A DNA stretch of 63,914 nucleotides, filler included, from Octopus bimaculoides (GCF_001194135.2; 6 parts of 5 records of this genome joined end to end with filler, not necessarily neighbours in it); one strand, 5' to 3'. Counted from the whole stretch's first letter, positions 13,373 through 26,044 are shown. A program made the numbers and translations. Notes: generated by a model not told the origin, from the letters alone.

Positions 13373-13466
13373 CGCTGATGCGGTACCAGGCAATGACCAA
13401 TGCACTGATGTAATACCAGACAGTGGCTCTCATGGCTCTTTGATGGCATGCATTGCTCTCTCACTC
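13370..13466 (+). mobile_element. Internally deleted family C copy
   Basis: 5' end ...cagtggctctcatggc joined to 3' end tttgatggcatgcattgctctctcactc; (AAT)n on both sides. Confidence 0.75.
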
Positions 13467-13533
<67 letters not shown>

Positions 13534-13569
13534 GCCAATACACACAGATAGAGAAATCGAAGCTAATAG

Positions 13570-13772
13570 TTCTCGGGTAGTGTCAGTATTATACAGAATA
13601 TGATAAGGCTGGCCTTTTGAATTACAGGCACAATTCACTTTTGCCAGCTGCATGTACCGGAGGAACGTGAAATTATGCGTCTTGGTCAAATATCAAAACG
13701 CGCCGCCGGGAATCGAACTCATGACCTCACGATCGTGAGTCGAATACCCTAACCACTAAGCCACGCGCTTTC
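13570..13772 (-). mobile_element. tRNA-derived SINE family D (tRNA-Val-like head)
   Basis: Minus strand gcgcgtggcttagtggttagggtattcgactcacgatc...gagttcgattcccgg gives A and B boxes; body shared with 23830-24085. Confidence 0.75.
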
Positions 13773-14329
13773 CACTAACGACACACACACACACACACAG
13801 ATACAGCACGACACTCACATACACACCTAACTCACACCATTTACCTTCTCGGGCCGCACGCTTTACATAACACATGTACAGGCACTTCATCCAATGCACG
13901 TACATACTTCAACAAATAAACACACACACACTCTATATTTCACCACCCTAATGCTACACATGCACCAATACACTGTATAAACACTCACCCACTCCCCACA
14001 TCATCACAACACACATATTTCACACCTCCTTCCCTCCCTCCACGTAGTATACACTATACTTCCCCACTTCGTTTCTACTCTCACACTGCATACAAATACA
14101 CCGACATACCCCATGCTCACACACCTCTATTCACGTACACACACATACACACAATCACACTTACACATTCACACAATCACATACGCACACACAATCACAT
14201 ACACAAACACACGATCACACATACATACACACTTCTTCACCTACCCACCTACCATACACGTCAAACATTTCAAAAATTTTCTTTTGTTCACACAAAATGT
14301 TTTTGTCGTCAGAAATCAGAATATTGCGT

Positions 14330-14830
14330 TGAAATATTTCAAAATGGCTCCCGGGCTGAAAGTCAGACAGTGTTGTATAACACTTAAAGAGGCCAACAAT
14401 GGCGTGAATTTGGATAATGAACTGAAAGGAGGATGTAGTTAACTGTTGTTGAAATGCCCAAAACATGAGACTGCATCCGGTGATAAGACATCAGCCTCGC
14501 GTCGTTATTTTGACCAAAAATATTATCTAAGGGCTTGGTTGGGAAGTTCTACGACACCTATCGTATTCTTCTGTCAGAGCATCTTCAGAATATAACGTTT
14601 TCTGGTCGCTCTTTAACAGTCTGCGTGGTGTTTTGTTCAACAACGACCTGGAGCTGAAAATGTAAAACGTGGCTTCGAGTCCAAGACACTGGGGTTTAAG
14701 CTGTCAAAGCATTGACAAGAACGCGGGACGTTGGCAAGAAACCGTGAACAAAGGAAGAGAATAAATTCTGGACTGATTTGTTAAAACTGTTAATGTAAAG
14801 AAGGATTGAAATAAATGGAAGAACCCCCCC
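14330..14830 (+). pseudogene. Decayed mariner transposase, C-terminal part
   Basis: LGWEVLRHLSYSSVRASSEYNVFWSL ~ mariner LGWEVLPHPPYSPDLAPSDYHLFRSL; IDKNAGRWQETVN ~ IEKLVERWEEVVN; stops and frameshifts. Confidence 0.8.
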
Positions 14831-15770
14831 CCCCAAGAAAAAACGAAGAATATACATACATACATACATACATACATACATACATACATACATAACTGAA
14901 ATCAGTGTTCGTAGAAATTAAATCAGCTTGCAAATATACGTTCACTTTACTAAATTTATTCTCGAGTCGCCACTGATACATACATACATACATACATATN
15001 NNNNNNNNNNNNNNNNNNNNNNNNNNNNNNNNNNNNNNNNNNNNNNNNNNNNNNNNNNNNNNNNNNNNNNNNNNNNNNNNNNNNNNNNNNNNNNNNNNNN
15101 NNNNNNNNNNNNNNNNNNNNNNNNNNNNNNNNNNNNNNNNNNNNNNNNNNNNNNNNNNNNNNNNNNNNNNNNNNNNNNNNNNNNNNNNNNNNNNNNNNNN
15201 NNNNNNNNNNNNNNNNNNNNNNNNNNNNNNNNNNNNNNNNNNNNNNNNNNNNNNNNNNNNNNNNNNNNNNNNNNNNNNNNNNNNNNNNNNNNNNNNNNNN
15301 NNNNNNNNNNNNNNNNNNNNNNNNNNNNNNNNNNNNNNNNNNNNNNNNNNNNNNNNNNNNNNNNNNNNNNNNNNNNNNNNNNNNNNNNNNNNNNNNNNNN
15401 NNNNNNNNNNNNNNNNNNNNNNNNNNNNNNNNNNNNNNNNNNNNNNNNNNNNNNNNNNNNNNNNNNNNNNNNNNNNNNNNNNNNNNNNNNNNNNNNNNNN
15501 NNNNNNNNNNNNNNNNNNNNNNNNNNNNNNNNTATATATATATACTTATATATTTAAGAGATGAGTAATTATGTACATTATTTATATTATTTACATTTGA
15601 CGGATATTTGTCTGATGAAGGGAATGTTTCTTATGTTGCCTGTCTCGTTTCTCTGTTTTTCTTTTTTATGTTCTCGTTTCTCATTCTGTCTACGTTTTCT
15701 TGATGTCCCGTAACCATATACGCATGTATATATACATACATATATATGTAGGTATATATATATATATGTA

Positions 15771-16020
15771 TGCCCGTGGGCATATGGCGTAGTGGTTAAG
15801 AGCGTGGGCTACTAACCCCAAGATTCCGGGTTCGATTCCAGGTAATGAACTGAATAATAATAACCACAATAATAATAACATCGAAAAATACCTTTGGAAT
15901 GAGAACCCAGGTTCAAAATTTTCCCAAGACACCTGATGAAGGCTGGAGAGTATATCAGCCGAAACGTTGTGTTAACAACAAACAAGATGAGGACAAATAT
16001 CCGTCAACTGTAAATAATGT
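15771..16020 (+). mobile_element. tRNA-headed SINE-like element with a hammerhead-containing tail
   Basis: A box tggcgtagtgg (15785-15795), B box ggttcgattcc (15829-15839), AAT-rich linker, hammerhead, tail shared with 48561-48645 and inverted at 15552-15612. Confidence 0.8.
15928..15973 (+). ncRNA. Minimal type-I hammerhead ribozyme, intact core
   Basis: gacac-CTGATGA-a-ggctg(10-nt loop)cagcc-GAAAC-GTT/gtgtt; stem I gacac:gtgtt, 5-bp stem II, predicted cleavage after 15968. Confidence 0.8.
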
Positions 16021-16021
16021 G

Positions 16022-16073
<52 letters not shown>

Positions 16074-16399
16074 TATATATATATATATGTATATATGCAT
16101 GTATGTATGTATATATTTATATGTATGTGTGTGTATATATGTATGCATGCATGCATGCAGATGTGTGTGTGTTGGTTATATGTCGTTTTATATCGCGTAA
16201 CCTAGTAGTAAGGTAAACAGAGGTTGATAAAATGGATAGCAGACTGAAGTAAGCACTAAGCACGATATAATCGACCGAAAAAGAAAAAATTGAGTCTAGT
16301 GCTCCAGCATGGGCACAGGCTAAAGGCTGGCTAAACTATTGTTCTTGAAAGAAGAGAATTTCCACACGTAAAAGGTCAATGACATGTGGAAGTAGTTGA

Positions 16400-16640
16400 G
16401 ATGAAGCATTCGCCAATATCGCCACAACGGTCATTGCCATCAACACCACCACCACCACCATTCACCGCCACCGCCGTTATAGCAACCATCACCATCATCA
16501 TCATAAGCATCACCAACATCACTACCACCACCACCGCCGCCGTTACAGCCACCATCACCATCGCCATCATCAGCATCACCAACATCACCTTCGTCACCGC
16601 TATTACTACTACAATTGTCATTCCAACAACAACAACAAAA
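16400..16640. repeat. (CAC/CAT)n compound microsatellite
   Basis: Directly visible. Confidence 0.85.
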
Positions 16641-16894
16641 ACAAGGAAATTTATACAGTGACTAACGTGAAGGTAATACCGGGAGGGTGATGATAATGTG
16701 GAGGAGGAGCAGGAGGATGAAGGGGAGGAGGAAGGTAGCAATGGCTTCTGATATGCATGCTTGCATGTATGTAGGTATGTTTGTATGTATGTATGCATGT
16801 ATGTATGCATGTAAGTGTGTATATGTGTATGTCTGTATGTGTGCATACATGCGTACATAGTGATACACTTACACACATATACATATACATATAT

Positions 16895-16930
<36 letters not shown>

Positions 16931-17180
16931 CATACAATATAATGTATGTATGTATATATATGCTTGTATATATATATATATATATGTGTCTGTATGAATA
17001 TATATACAAATAAATTCAATATATGTATGTATATATATATATATATATACACGCACATACATATATACACACACACACACATATACACGCATATATAAAT
17101 ACACACATATATATATACACACACTCACACACACACATATATATATACACATATACATATATATATATATACACATATAC

Positions 17181-17214
<34 letters not shown>

Positions 17215-17314
17215 NNNNNNNNNNNNNNNNNNNNNNNNNNNNNNNNNNNNNNNNNNNNTTAATTAATTAANNNNNNNNNNNNNNNNNNNNNNNNNNNNNN
17301 NNNNNNNNNNNNNN

Positions 17315-17370
<56 letters not shown>

Positions 17371-17984
17371 CCAACGCTTTAACGGCGCTCTACTGATTCT
17401 GTCAAGTTGTTTGGAATAGTCGGATTAGAAACTTAATTGCTCTTTTATATGGAATGGTTTGGCTCAGAAAAAAAATATCTGTTCTTTCAGCAACAACATA
17501 TAATTACATAGATATATAATTAATCCACAAGCTAAACTTATTTCTATTACATCATCGACATTTGCTGCAAGTCAGTAAAGAAAGTAGGTATACATGAATT
17601 AACTGCAAATAAGCTGCAAATAGACGATGTTAACGCTTGAATACCTTTCTTTATTTCGCCTAATTGTTTAGCTACAGTGGTTCTCAAACTGTGTGCTACA
17701 GAATTATATAAATATATACATTTTAGTACCGGTTTCAGTCTTTGCTATTCTTCAACTTAGAGTAAAGCATGAGAAACAATTAAATTATGGAAAAATTAAA
17801 TTAAATGTTTTTTAGAAAATATTTCCATAGTTTTCAAATGCAAGGGACATTTTCCTTTTTTCAGTCTGACCCCGTCTCTCTTTTTTTACTCTTGTGGGTT
17901 CTAGGTAGTTAGCAGCATCTAATTTGATATGAATTCTTGTCTTTTGATTGTTTAAGCAGCCGTAGTAGTAGATAAAAGAGGTGG

Positions 17985-18090
17985 CGAAGAAGAAGAAGAA
18001 GAAGAAGAAGAAGAAGAAGAAGAAGAAGAAGAAGAAGAAGAAGAAGAGGAGAAGAAGAAGAAGGAGGAGGAGGAGGAGGAGAAGAAGAAT
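17985..18090. repeat. (GAA)n/(GGA)n purine microsatellite
   Basis: Directly visible. Confidence 0.95.
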
Positions 18091-18270
18091 AGAACGAATA
18101 ATAAAAATGTGGGAGTGGCATGACAGTAGCGGGATGTTGATGGAATTGTCTTAAATGGTCAAGTGATCTAAAAGTGGCCCGTTGTGGTTGGAATAGTAGT
18201 AATTGGAATTACTCTGAATAAATTTGTGTTAAATGACTGTTTTGTTTTTAATATCTGCGTGTGTGTTCTT

Positions 18271-19040
18271 CTAAGGCCCTGGTGATAAGTCATTTGTGGT
18301 GGATGCATTCAAAAGGGGTTTATATTTTGTGATGAAGACTGATTCTTTGTTAATGCATTGACTACAGGTTGTATCGTTCCTGAATTGATAACGGGGGAAA
18401 ATTCTGAAGCTGGGTTGTTTGTTATTGGTGCAAATGTCGATGTGTTCGCTGAATGCTATTTTTCTGTTTTTCTGAATTTTAATCTGGGATCTGTGCAGAG
18501 CCATCCTTTGACGTAGACTGTTTTTGGTTTGGCCTATATATTGCTTACGACACCCAGAGCAGGTTAATACATTACATATATCAAGTTCTACGATACACAC
18601 ACACACACACACACACATATATGTATATATGTGTGTGTGTGTGTGTATATATATATTTGAAAAAAGAAAAACGAATAACTTCACTGGTAGTGATAATCAG
18701 TTTAATTTATTAATTTTTAACTTTTTAATAATATAAATTTTAGTTCATAGATCTAGTAAGTTCTTTGTCAACTTGGGTGTGGAGATTTCTTTAAAAAAAT
18801 TCCTTGTTAATTTTTTTGGGAGAACTTTCTTGCATTTGTTGTCAAAGAGATCTGAAGGTTTGGGGCTTTGTGATTCTATATATGGGATTTGGGTGTGTTT
18901 GGGGGTAGGATTGGGGTTTGTTAATCAGTGTTGGCGTAAGACTGTTGATCACTGATAGCTGAAATAAAGTAGTGAATGGTCAACACAATTATTTGATTAG
19001 GGGTGGAGATGGGAAGTGGTGGGATGTTAAAGGAGTGTTT
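18271..19040 (-). mobile_element. Penelope-like element fragment with GIY-YIG endonuclease, split by a (CA)n/(TA)n insertion
   Basis: VLTCSGCRKQYIGQTKNSLRQRMALHRSQI...SEHIDIC...KESVFITKYKPLLN* is the PLE GIY-YIG C-terminus; upstream part decayed. Confidence 0.85.
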
Positions 19041-19249
19041 TGTGAAGCCATTTGAGTCGTTGAAATCTAATGAACAGAAGCCATTTGAATAGTCAGAAAT
19101 CTAATGAACAGATGTTTTACCAAATTCTTTCTTTCAGTAATTTTCTGTTTTAGGTATGTGTCTGAGGTGGTGGTGTTAATGAGGTGTAAGATTGATAAAA
19201 AATGTTTGTTCATCAAAGAACGCCAGTAAATTTATTATATATATATATA

Positions 19250-19680
19250 GGTGCAGGCATGGCTGTGTACTAAGAAGCTCGTTTTGCAACCACATGGTTT
19301 CAGGTTCAGTCCCTTTGCGTGGTACTTTCGGCATGTGTCTTCTTCTATAACCCCGGGCCGACCAATGCCTTATGAGTGAATTTGGTAGACGGAAACTGTG
19401 TGGAAGTTCCCCTTTATATGTATATATATGTGCGTGTGTGTGAGCATGTCTGTGTGTATGTGTTTGCGCGTGTGTACTGCTTGTGTTTGTTTCGCACCAC
19501 ACCACTTAACAACCGGTGCTGGTTTGTTCATATCATCGTAACTTAGAGGTTCAGTTTCAAGGAATCGATAGAATAAGTAACAGAGATAAAAATAAGTACT
19601 GGGGTCGATCTGTTCGACTAAAACCCTTTAAGGCGATGCTCCAGCATGGCTGTAATTCAATGATTGAAAGAAGTATAAAG
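19250..19680 (+). mobile_element. SINE family A, full length
   Basis: tRNA-like head (ggttcagtccc B box), internal (TG)n, tail ggggtcgatctgttcgactaaaaccctt. Confidence 0.85.
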
Positions 19681-21327
19681 ATAAATGATCCTTTACTCTT
19701 CCATAACTGGTTTACATGTTTGTTTTTCTGCTGAAGGTTGACACATTGTTTTTCAACTTACAATATTAAATTCTAAAAATCTCCTACACCAAAAATCACT
19801 TTAGCTGTTGAATTCAATAGAAGCCATTTCTTCCTATCAACGGCATTGAGGAAATGAAGAAATAAGCCGAAAGAGTGGGGAATAAATGTAATGTTTCTCT
19901 TAAGAATACATTCTAATTATTTGATTAAAGAAATAATTATTTCAGTTTTCTTGTCAGCAGATGTCTTTAACAAAAGCAAAAAGAAAAAGGAAAAGAAAAA
20001 CGCGAAAAGTTACAAAAATATGAATGATTACGTTTAACACGTCATATAGAGAATGCTGTTTCCTTTGCTGAAATTAATGAAATATTTTTGGTGCATGTTC
20101 TCATTAGGAAATAGATAAAGAACACCATTAAAACGCTAAAGTTGTGAATTGAACTTCCTCTGCTGTAATTAATGAAGTCTCTATTTAGAGCACGTTCGCA
20201 ATAAGAAGTAGATAAAGAACGTCATTTAAAATGGTTGAGCTATGAGTTGTCAATCAAGCTAGCTCTTTACCAACACCGCTGAATTTCTTCCAAAATGGTT
20301 CCTTCCGGATTTAATCATCAATGACGTCAATATGAAATCTGCCTTCATGAACGAACGCTGTCGGTGAGATCTTGTTAATGAGATAACCATTATTAGATAT
20401 ATAACTTCTGGAAAAGAGACGTTATGTTTGTAAACTAGTAGCTATCGTGTTTGTGAGTATTTGAAAATACTATTTAAATATTTGAACACTGGAATCAAGG
20501 ATGTAACCTCGAAATGTAAATATGACATTTAATTGTCCGTGGACTTCGTATTGTTATGGTCCATGCAAAGAAAGCTTCTTAAACGTATAAATTTAAGAAG
20601 GACAAACACAAGAATCACGATAAGTTTGAAGACTTGAAATCAGACCCCGTGCACAAATTCTATGTATTTACTTATCTCCAATACCAACCCTACCCCACCC
20701 CTCTCTCCCCGTCTCATTGATTCCTGTTTTCCTGTATGTATGTTTCTGTCTGTCTGTCTGTCTCTCCCCCCCTCTCTTTCTAGCCTTTTATTTTGGTAAT
20801 TTTCCCAACACTGGTGCAGGCTGAGTTGTGTGTTTAAGAAGCTAGCTTCGCAACCACGTAGTTTTGGGTTCAATCTCACTAACACATCACCTTGGACAAG
20901 TGTCTTCGAGTGTAACCCCCGGGGACTCGAACAGTGCCTTGCCAGTAAATTCGGTTGGCGAAAACTGTGTGGAATCCCTGATGCGTGCGTGTATATTTTA
21001 CTCTTTTACTCTTTTACTTGTTTCAGTCATTTGACTGTGGCCATGCTGGTGCACAGCTTTTAGTCAAGTAAATCGACCCCGGAGCTTATTCATTGTAAGG
21101 CTAGTATTTATTCTATCGGTCTCTTTTGCCGAATCACTAAGTTACGGAGACGTAAACACACCAGCATCGGTTGCCAAGCGATGTTGGAGAGATAAACAGA
21201 CACACAAACATATACACACATACATATACAGGTATATACATACATATGTATATATGTGTATATATATATAAATATTCATTTATATGTATATATATATATA
21301 TGACAGTCTGTTAAAGTCTGTCATACC

Positions 21328-21367
21328 GGCCATGACGAAGGGAAATAGCCCTGAAACTCGAGTCGCC
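21328..21367 (+). ncRNA. Minimal hammerhead motif with one extra A in the core
   Basis: ggc-C(a)TGACGA-aggg(aaatag)ccct-GAAAC-tcga-GTC/gcc; palindromic ACTCGAGT helix III; stem I ggc:gcc. Confidence 0.65.
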
Positions 21368-21590
21368 TTTATATATATATATTTATATTTATATATTTAT
21401 ATATTTGATCCTTTATATTGAACACTCAATATTTCATCTACATTCAATACTTTCTTTCATGGTGCCATCCATTTTTATTTTATTTTATTTTATATTGTAT
21501 ATTGTATATTCCATATTCTATACCCCACATTAGTTCTGCAGGAATATAAATAAAACATAAAAAACAGACAGTGTTGGAACTCTTTTAAGC

Positions 21591-21645
<55 letters not shown>

Positions 21646-21942
21646 TACATACATATTCAAATGTGTGTATATGTGTCTTTGAGACTGTGCTTGTCCCCAC
21701 CACCGCTTGACAAACTGTGTTGGTTTATTTCCACCTTCATAACCTAGTGGTTCAGCGAAAGAAACCTATGGAGTAAATACCTGGCTTGAAATTAAATAAG
21801 TATCGGGGTTAGGATGTTCAACTAAAACCTAAAAAAAAGTCCTCAAGGTGGTGCTCCAGCATGGTCACACGCCAAGACCGAAACAAAGAAAAAAATAATA
21901 TAGATTTGAATTGTGAAATAACAAGAAATACTTAATCTATTA

Positions 21943-21987
21943 ATGGCGGAAGATCAGATCGTTGTTTCATCTTACGCAACAAGGGAG
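21943..21987 (+). CDS. Candidate first coding exon, MAEDQIVVSSYATRE, phase-0 donor
   Basis: taATGGCGGAA...AGGGAG|GTAAGT consensus donor; in-frame TAA upstream; no homology recognised. Confidence 0.3.
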
Positions 21988-23030
21988 GTAAGTGAAGTGT
22001 TATGGCGAAAAGAATCAGAAATCAAAAACAAGCCAGAGACGAAACTAGATGGAATCATATCTGTGTTTTATAGCAGTCACATCATTCATAAAAATAATAG
22101 AACACTCATCGTCGAGACCGACGGAGAATCCACCATCGCAGTTATAATCAACGTACTGTTATAAACGTTTGGTGCGGTATGGCCAGAACACAGATTAATT
22201 AGCAACATCAATGGCTTCAACAGTTGTAAACTTCACTAATTACTCTTTATAGTATTATACTGATTGTTTCGTAGTCTACGTTGGATATAAATGTTGGCTA
22301 TTTTCGTTCATTTTCCTTATTATATTTTCTTTGTTATTTCCATGACTGTTGCTTGATGATAATTTATTTCTGCTGCATGTGGTGTTGGTGAGTTGTACTG
22401 CATTTGTAGCTGGTGTAACTAGGGGTGGTATCTATTATGTTGTCTTGCAGATAGGTCTTTTTGTAAGCGTGTATACAATGATTTTTTTTTTGAATTTATG
22501 TATTGCAACGTGTATGTTGGTAATTTGTGGCGCCGTTGTATTCTGAAAATTCTAATTATTCCTCTTGATGGCAGTGTTTCCACTTGGCTATGCAGACATG
22601 GCACTCAGTGGTTAAGAGTTTGCTTTCACAATTATGAGAGGTTTGAGTTCGATCCTACTCATGTCTGGACTGCTTTTGATAATAGCTCCTGTAAGTTAGG
22701 GCTGATTTGGGACTAAACAATATCGACAACAAGAACTACAATAACAATATACTATTATATTAAAAAACAAGCCACATCATACTACATCACAGTACAAATC
22801 GCTTCACTAAACAACACTACATGACTCAGCAACATACTACAATAGAGAATACTTCGCTAGATTGACTAAATTACACAATACCATACTGCAGTTGAACCAA
22901 CGAGGAAACCTCTAAGTAGCGTCTTGACCAGCTAGATATCGTATTCAATTAGTTTTCAGTTAGTATTCAGATTTCCTCTTGTCGCCTTAAGAAAAAGGAG
23001 TTCATATTTGGACATTGTATGCTTGATACG

Positions 23031-23443
23031 TTACTCCTTTACTTGTTTCAGTCATTTGACTGTGGCCATGCTGGAGCACCGCCTTTAGTCGAGCAAATCG
23101 ACCCCAGGACTTATTCTTTGTATTCCTAGTACTTATTCTATCGGCCTCTTTTGCCGAACCGCTAAATTACGGGGACGTAAAAACACCAGCATCGGTTGTC
23201 AAGCGATGTTGGGGGGACAAACACAGACACACAAACATACACACACACACACATACATATATATACATATACATATATACGACGGTCTTCTTTCAGTTTC
23301 CGTCTACCAAATCCACTCACAAGGCTTTGGTTGGCCCGAGGCTATAGTAGAAGTCACTTGCCCAAGGTGTCACGCAATGGGACTGAACCCGGAGCCATGT
23401 GGTTGGTAAGTAAGCTAGTTACCACACAGCCACTCCTACGCCT
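23031..23443 (-). mobile_element. SINE family A, full length
   Basis: Complete head, internal microsatellite and (tttac) tail; reference copy for the family. Confidence 0.9.
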
Positions 23444-23829
23444 ATAATTTGTACGTTATGTACAAATTTTCAGGATGACACAAACAGGAACACATTTCAT
23501 CTTAAGGTCCTCTCTCCCCTAGCTGCACTATTTATTACACTATACCACATGGTAATACATACCAATGGGTAATGGCATACTATGGCATACCACACATCAC
23601 CACAATTCATTGTACTACAACCAAGCAACAGTATATTACAAAGGGAGAAGAAGCACTGAGAGAACCTTTACGTGGTCACGCAACATGCTAGAGGTAGCAA
23701 CCAAACCTCCTCAGCGTCTTAAAAACGTGCATGTTACATTATGTAATTTAGTCGCGCACTTTCTGCATATTGGGAAATTGACGGGATGGTCACAGCCGGA
23801 GCGCTTTCGATCATAAACTTGTTCGATTA

Positions 23830-24085
23830 GGACTGATCTTATGTAACACTCCGTCGGTTACGACGACGAGCCTTCCAATTGATCCAATCAACAGAAGAGC
23901 CAGCTCGTGAAATTAACGTGCAAATGGCTGAGCACTCCACAGACACGTTTACTCTTCATTTAGTTCTCAGGGAGATTCATCGTGATACAGAAGGTGACAC
24001 GGCTGGCCATTTTGAATTCCAGACACTACTCACTTTTACCGGCTGAGTAGACTGGAGCAAAATGAAATAAAGTGTCTTGCTCTCT
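23830..24085 (-). mobile_element. SINE family D body
   Basis: Shares the ttctc-ggg-ag...gctggcc-ttttgaatt segment with 13570-13772. Confidence 0.6.
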
Positions 24086-24387
24086 GGGGCTAAATAATAC
24101 CAACAATACCTGATCATAATACACTTCGTCACAGAAGTGAGCATCACATTATATACCGAGTGACACAACGCTACATTACATTATACGTCACTGCACCACA
24201 CCGCATCATACAATGTCGCGCCACGGCCCACGTTGCTATGTCAAACCACGGAACCACAGTGAAATATCTTTACGACTGTCTGTTGGACGTCAATACTTCA
24301 TCTCACCCAATGATTCTATAAAGCCGTTTATTATTATAACGGCAATAGAAATATTATCGTCGTCGTCATTATCCTCATCATCGTTAC

Positions 24388-24424
<37 letters not shown>

Positions 24425-25460
24425 TGCAGCATCATCGTTACCATCATCATCATCATCATTGTCAACGTCTCCACCACCAACACCCTCATCATCGTCATCA
24501 TCATCATCGTCACTACCCTTACTGCCCTCCTCCCTTCCCNNNNNNNNNNNNNNNNNNNNNNNNNNNNNNNNNNNNNNNNNNNNNNNNNNNNNNNNNNNNN
24601 NNNNNNNNNNNNNNNNNNNNNNNNNNNNNNNNNNNNNNNNNNNNNNNNNNNNNNNNNNNNNNNNNNNNNNNNNNNNNNNNNNNNNNNNNNNNNNNNNNNN
24701 NNNNNNNNNNNNNNNNNNNNNNNNNNNNNNNNNNNNNNNNNNNNNNNNNNNNNNNNNNNNNNNNNNNNNNNNNNNNNNNNNNNNNNNNNNNNNNNNNNNN
24801 NNNNNNNNNNNNNNNNNNNNNNNNNNNNNNNNNNNNNNNNNNNNNNNNNNNNNNNNNNNNNNNNNNNNNNNNNNNNNNNNNNNNNNNNNNNNNNNNNNNN
24901 NNNNNNNNNNNNNNNNNNNNNNNNNNNNNNNNNNNNNNNNNNNNNNNNNNNNNNNNNNNNNNNNNNNNNNNNNNNNNNNNNNNNNNNNNNNNNNNNNNNN
25001 NNNNNNNNNNNNNNNNNNNNNNNNNNNNNNNNNNNNNNNNNNNNNNNNNNNNNNNNNNNNNNNNNNNNNNNNNNNNNNNNNNNNNNNNNNNNNNNNNNNN
25101 NNNNNNNNNNNNNNNNNNNNNNNNNNNNNNNNNNNNNNNNNNNNNNNNNNNNNNNNNNNNNNNNNNNNNNNNNNNNNNNNNNNNNNNNNNNNNNNNNNNN
25201 NNNNNNNNNNNNNNNNNNNNNNNNNNNNNNNNNNNNNNNNNNNNNNNNNNNNNNNNNNNNNNNNNNNNNNNNNNNNNNNNNNNNNNNNNNNNNNNNNNNN
25301 NNNNNNNNNNNNNNNNNNNNNNNNNNNNNNNNNNNNNNNNNNNNNNNNNNNNNNNNNNNNNNNNNNNNNNNNNNNNNNNNNNNNNNNNNNNNNNNNNNNN
25401 NNNNNNNNNNNNNNNNNNNNNNNNNNNNNNNNNNNNNNNNNNNNNNNNNNNNNNNNNNNN

Positions 25461-25513
<53 letters not shown>

Positions 25514-25551
25514 CATATATACACATATATATATATATGTATATGTATATG

Positions 25552-25586
<35 letters not shown>

Positions 25587-26044
25587 TCATATATATTTCT
25601 TCTTTTCGCCGACTCTGTGATAATAATGTATGTCTGTCTGCTTGCCTGTAAGTCTGTTCATGTTGTCACTATTCATTCTACCTCAATCGCTCTATATTTT
25701 CTTTCAGCCACAGTTTTTACTTCTTTTCTTTGTCTATCATCGTTCATTTCGAGACTCAACATCCCCTTCACCGACCTTTCACGTACACGCACTCACACAA
25801 ACTCGTGTATATTATGAAGATTTTCATTAAAAAATATCGGGAATGGAAGATATTGATTTCTATAAAATATAACGATAAGTTTCTTTTGTAAATGATGTAC
25901 ATTTATACACTGTAAATTGCAACACACAGTCAACCTATATTCAACGCATTACTGCACACTATATGCTGCACACTATATGCTGCACGCTATATGCTGCACA
26001 CTATATGCTGCACACTAAATTAAACACACTGCAACACTATTCGT

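Noticed and set aside
13700-13772. tRNA-like sequences here and at 15781 and 26860
   Set aside because: Incomplete cloverleaves attached to repeat bodies: SINE heads, not tRNA genes.
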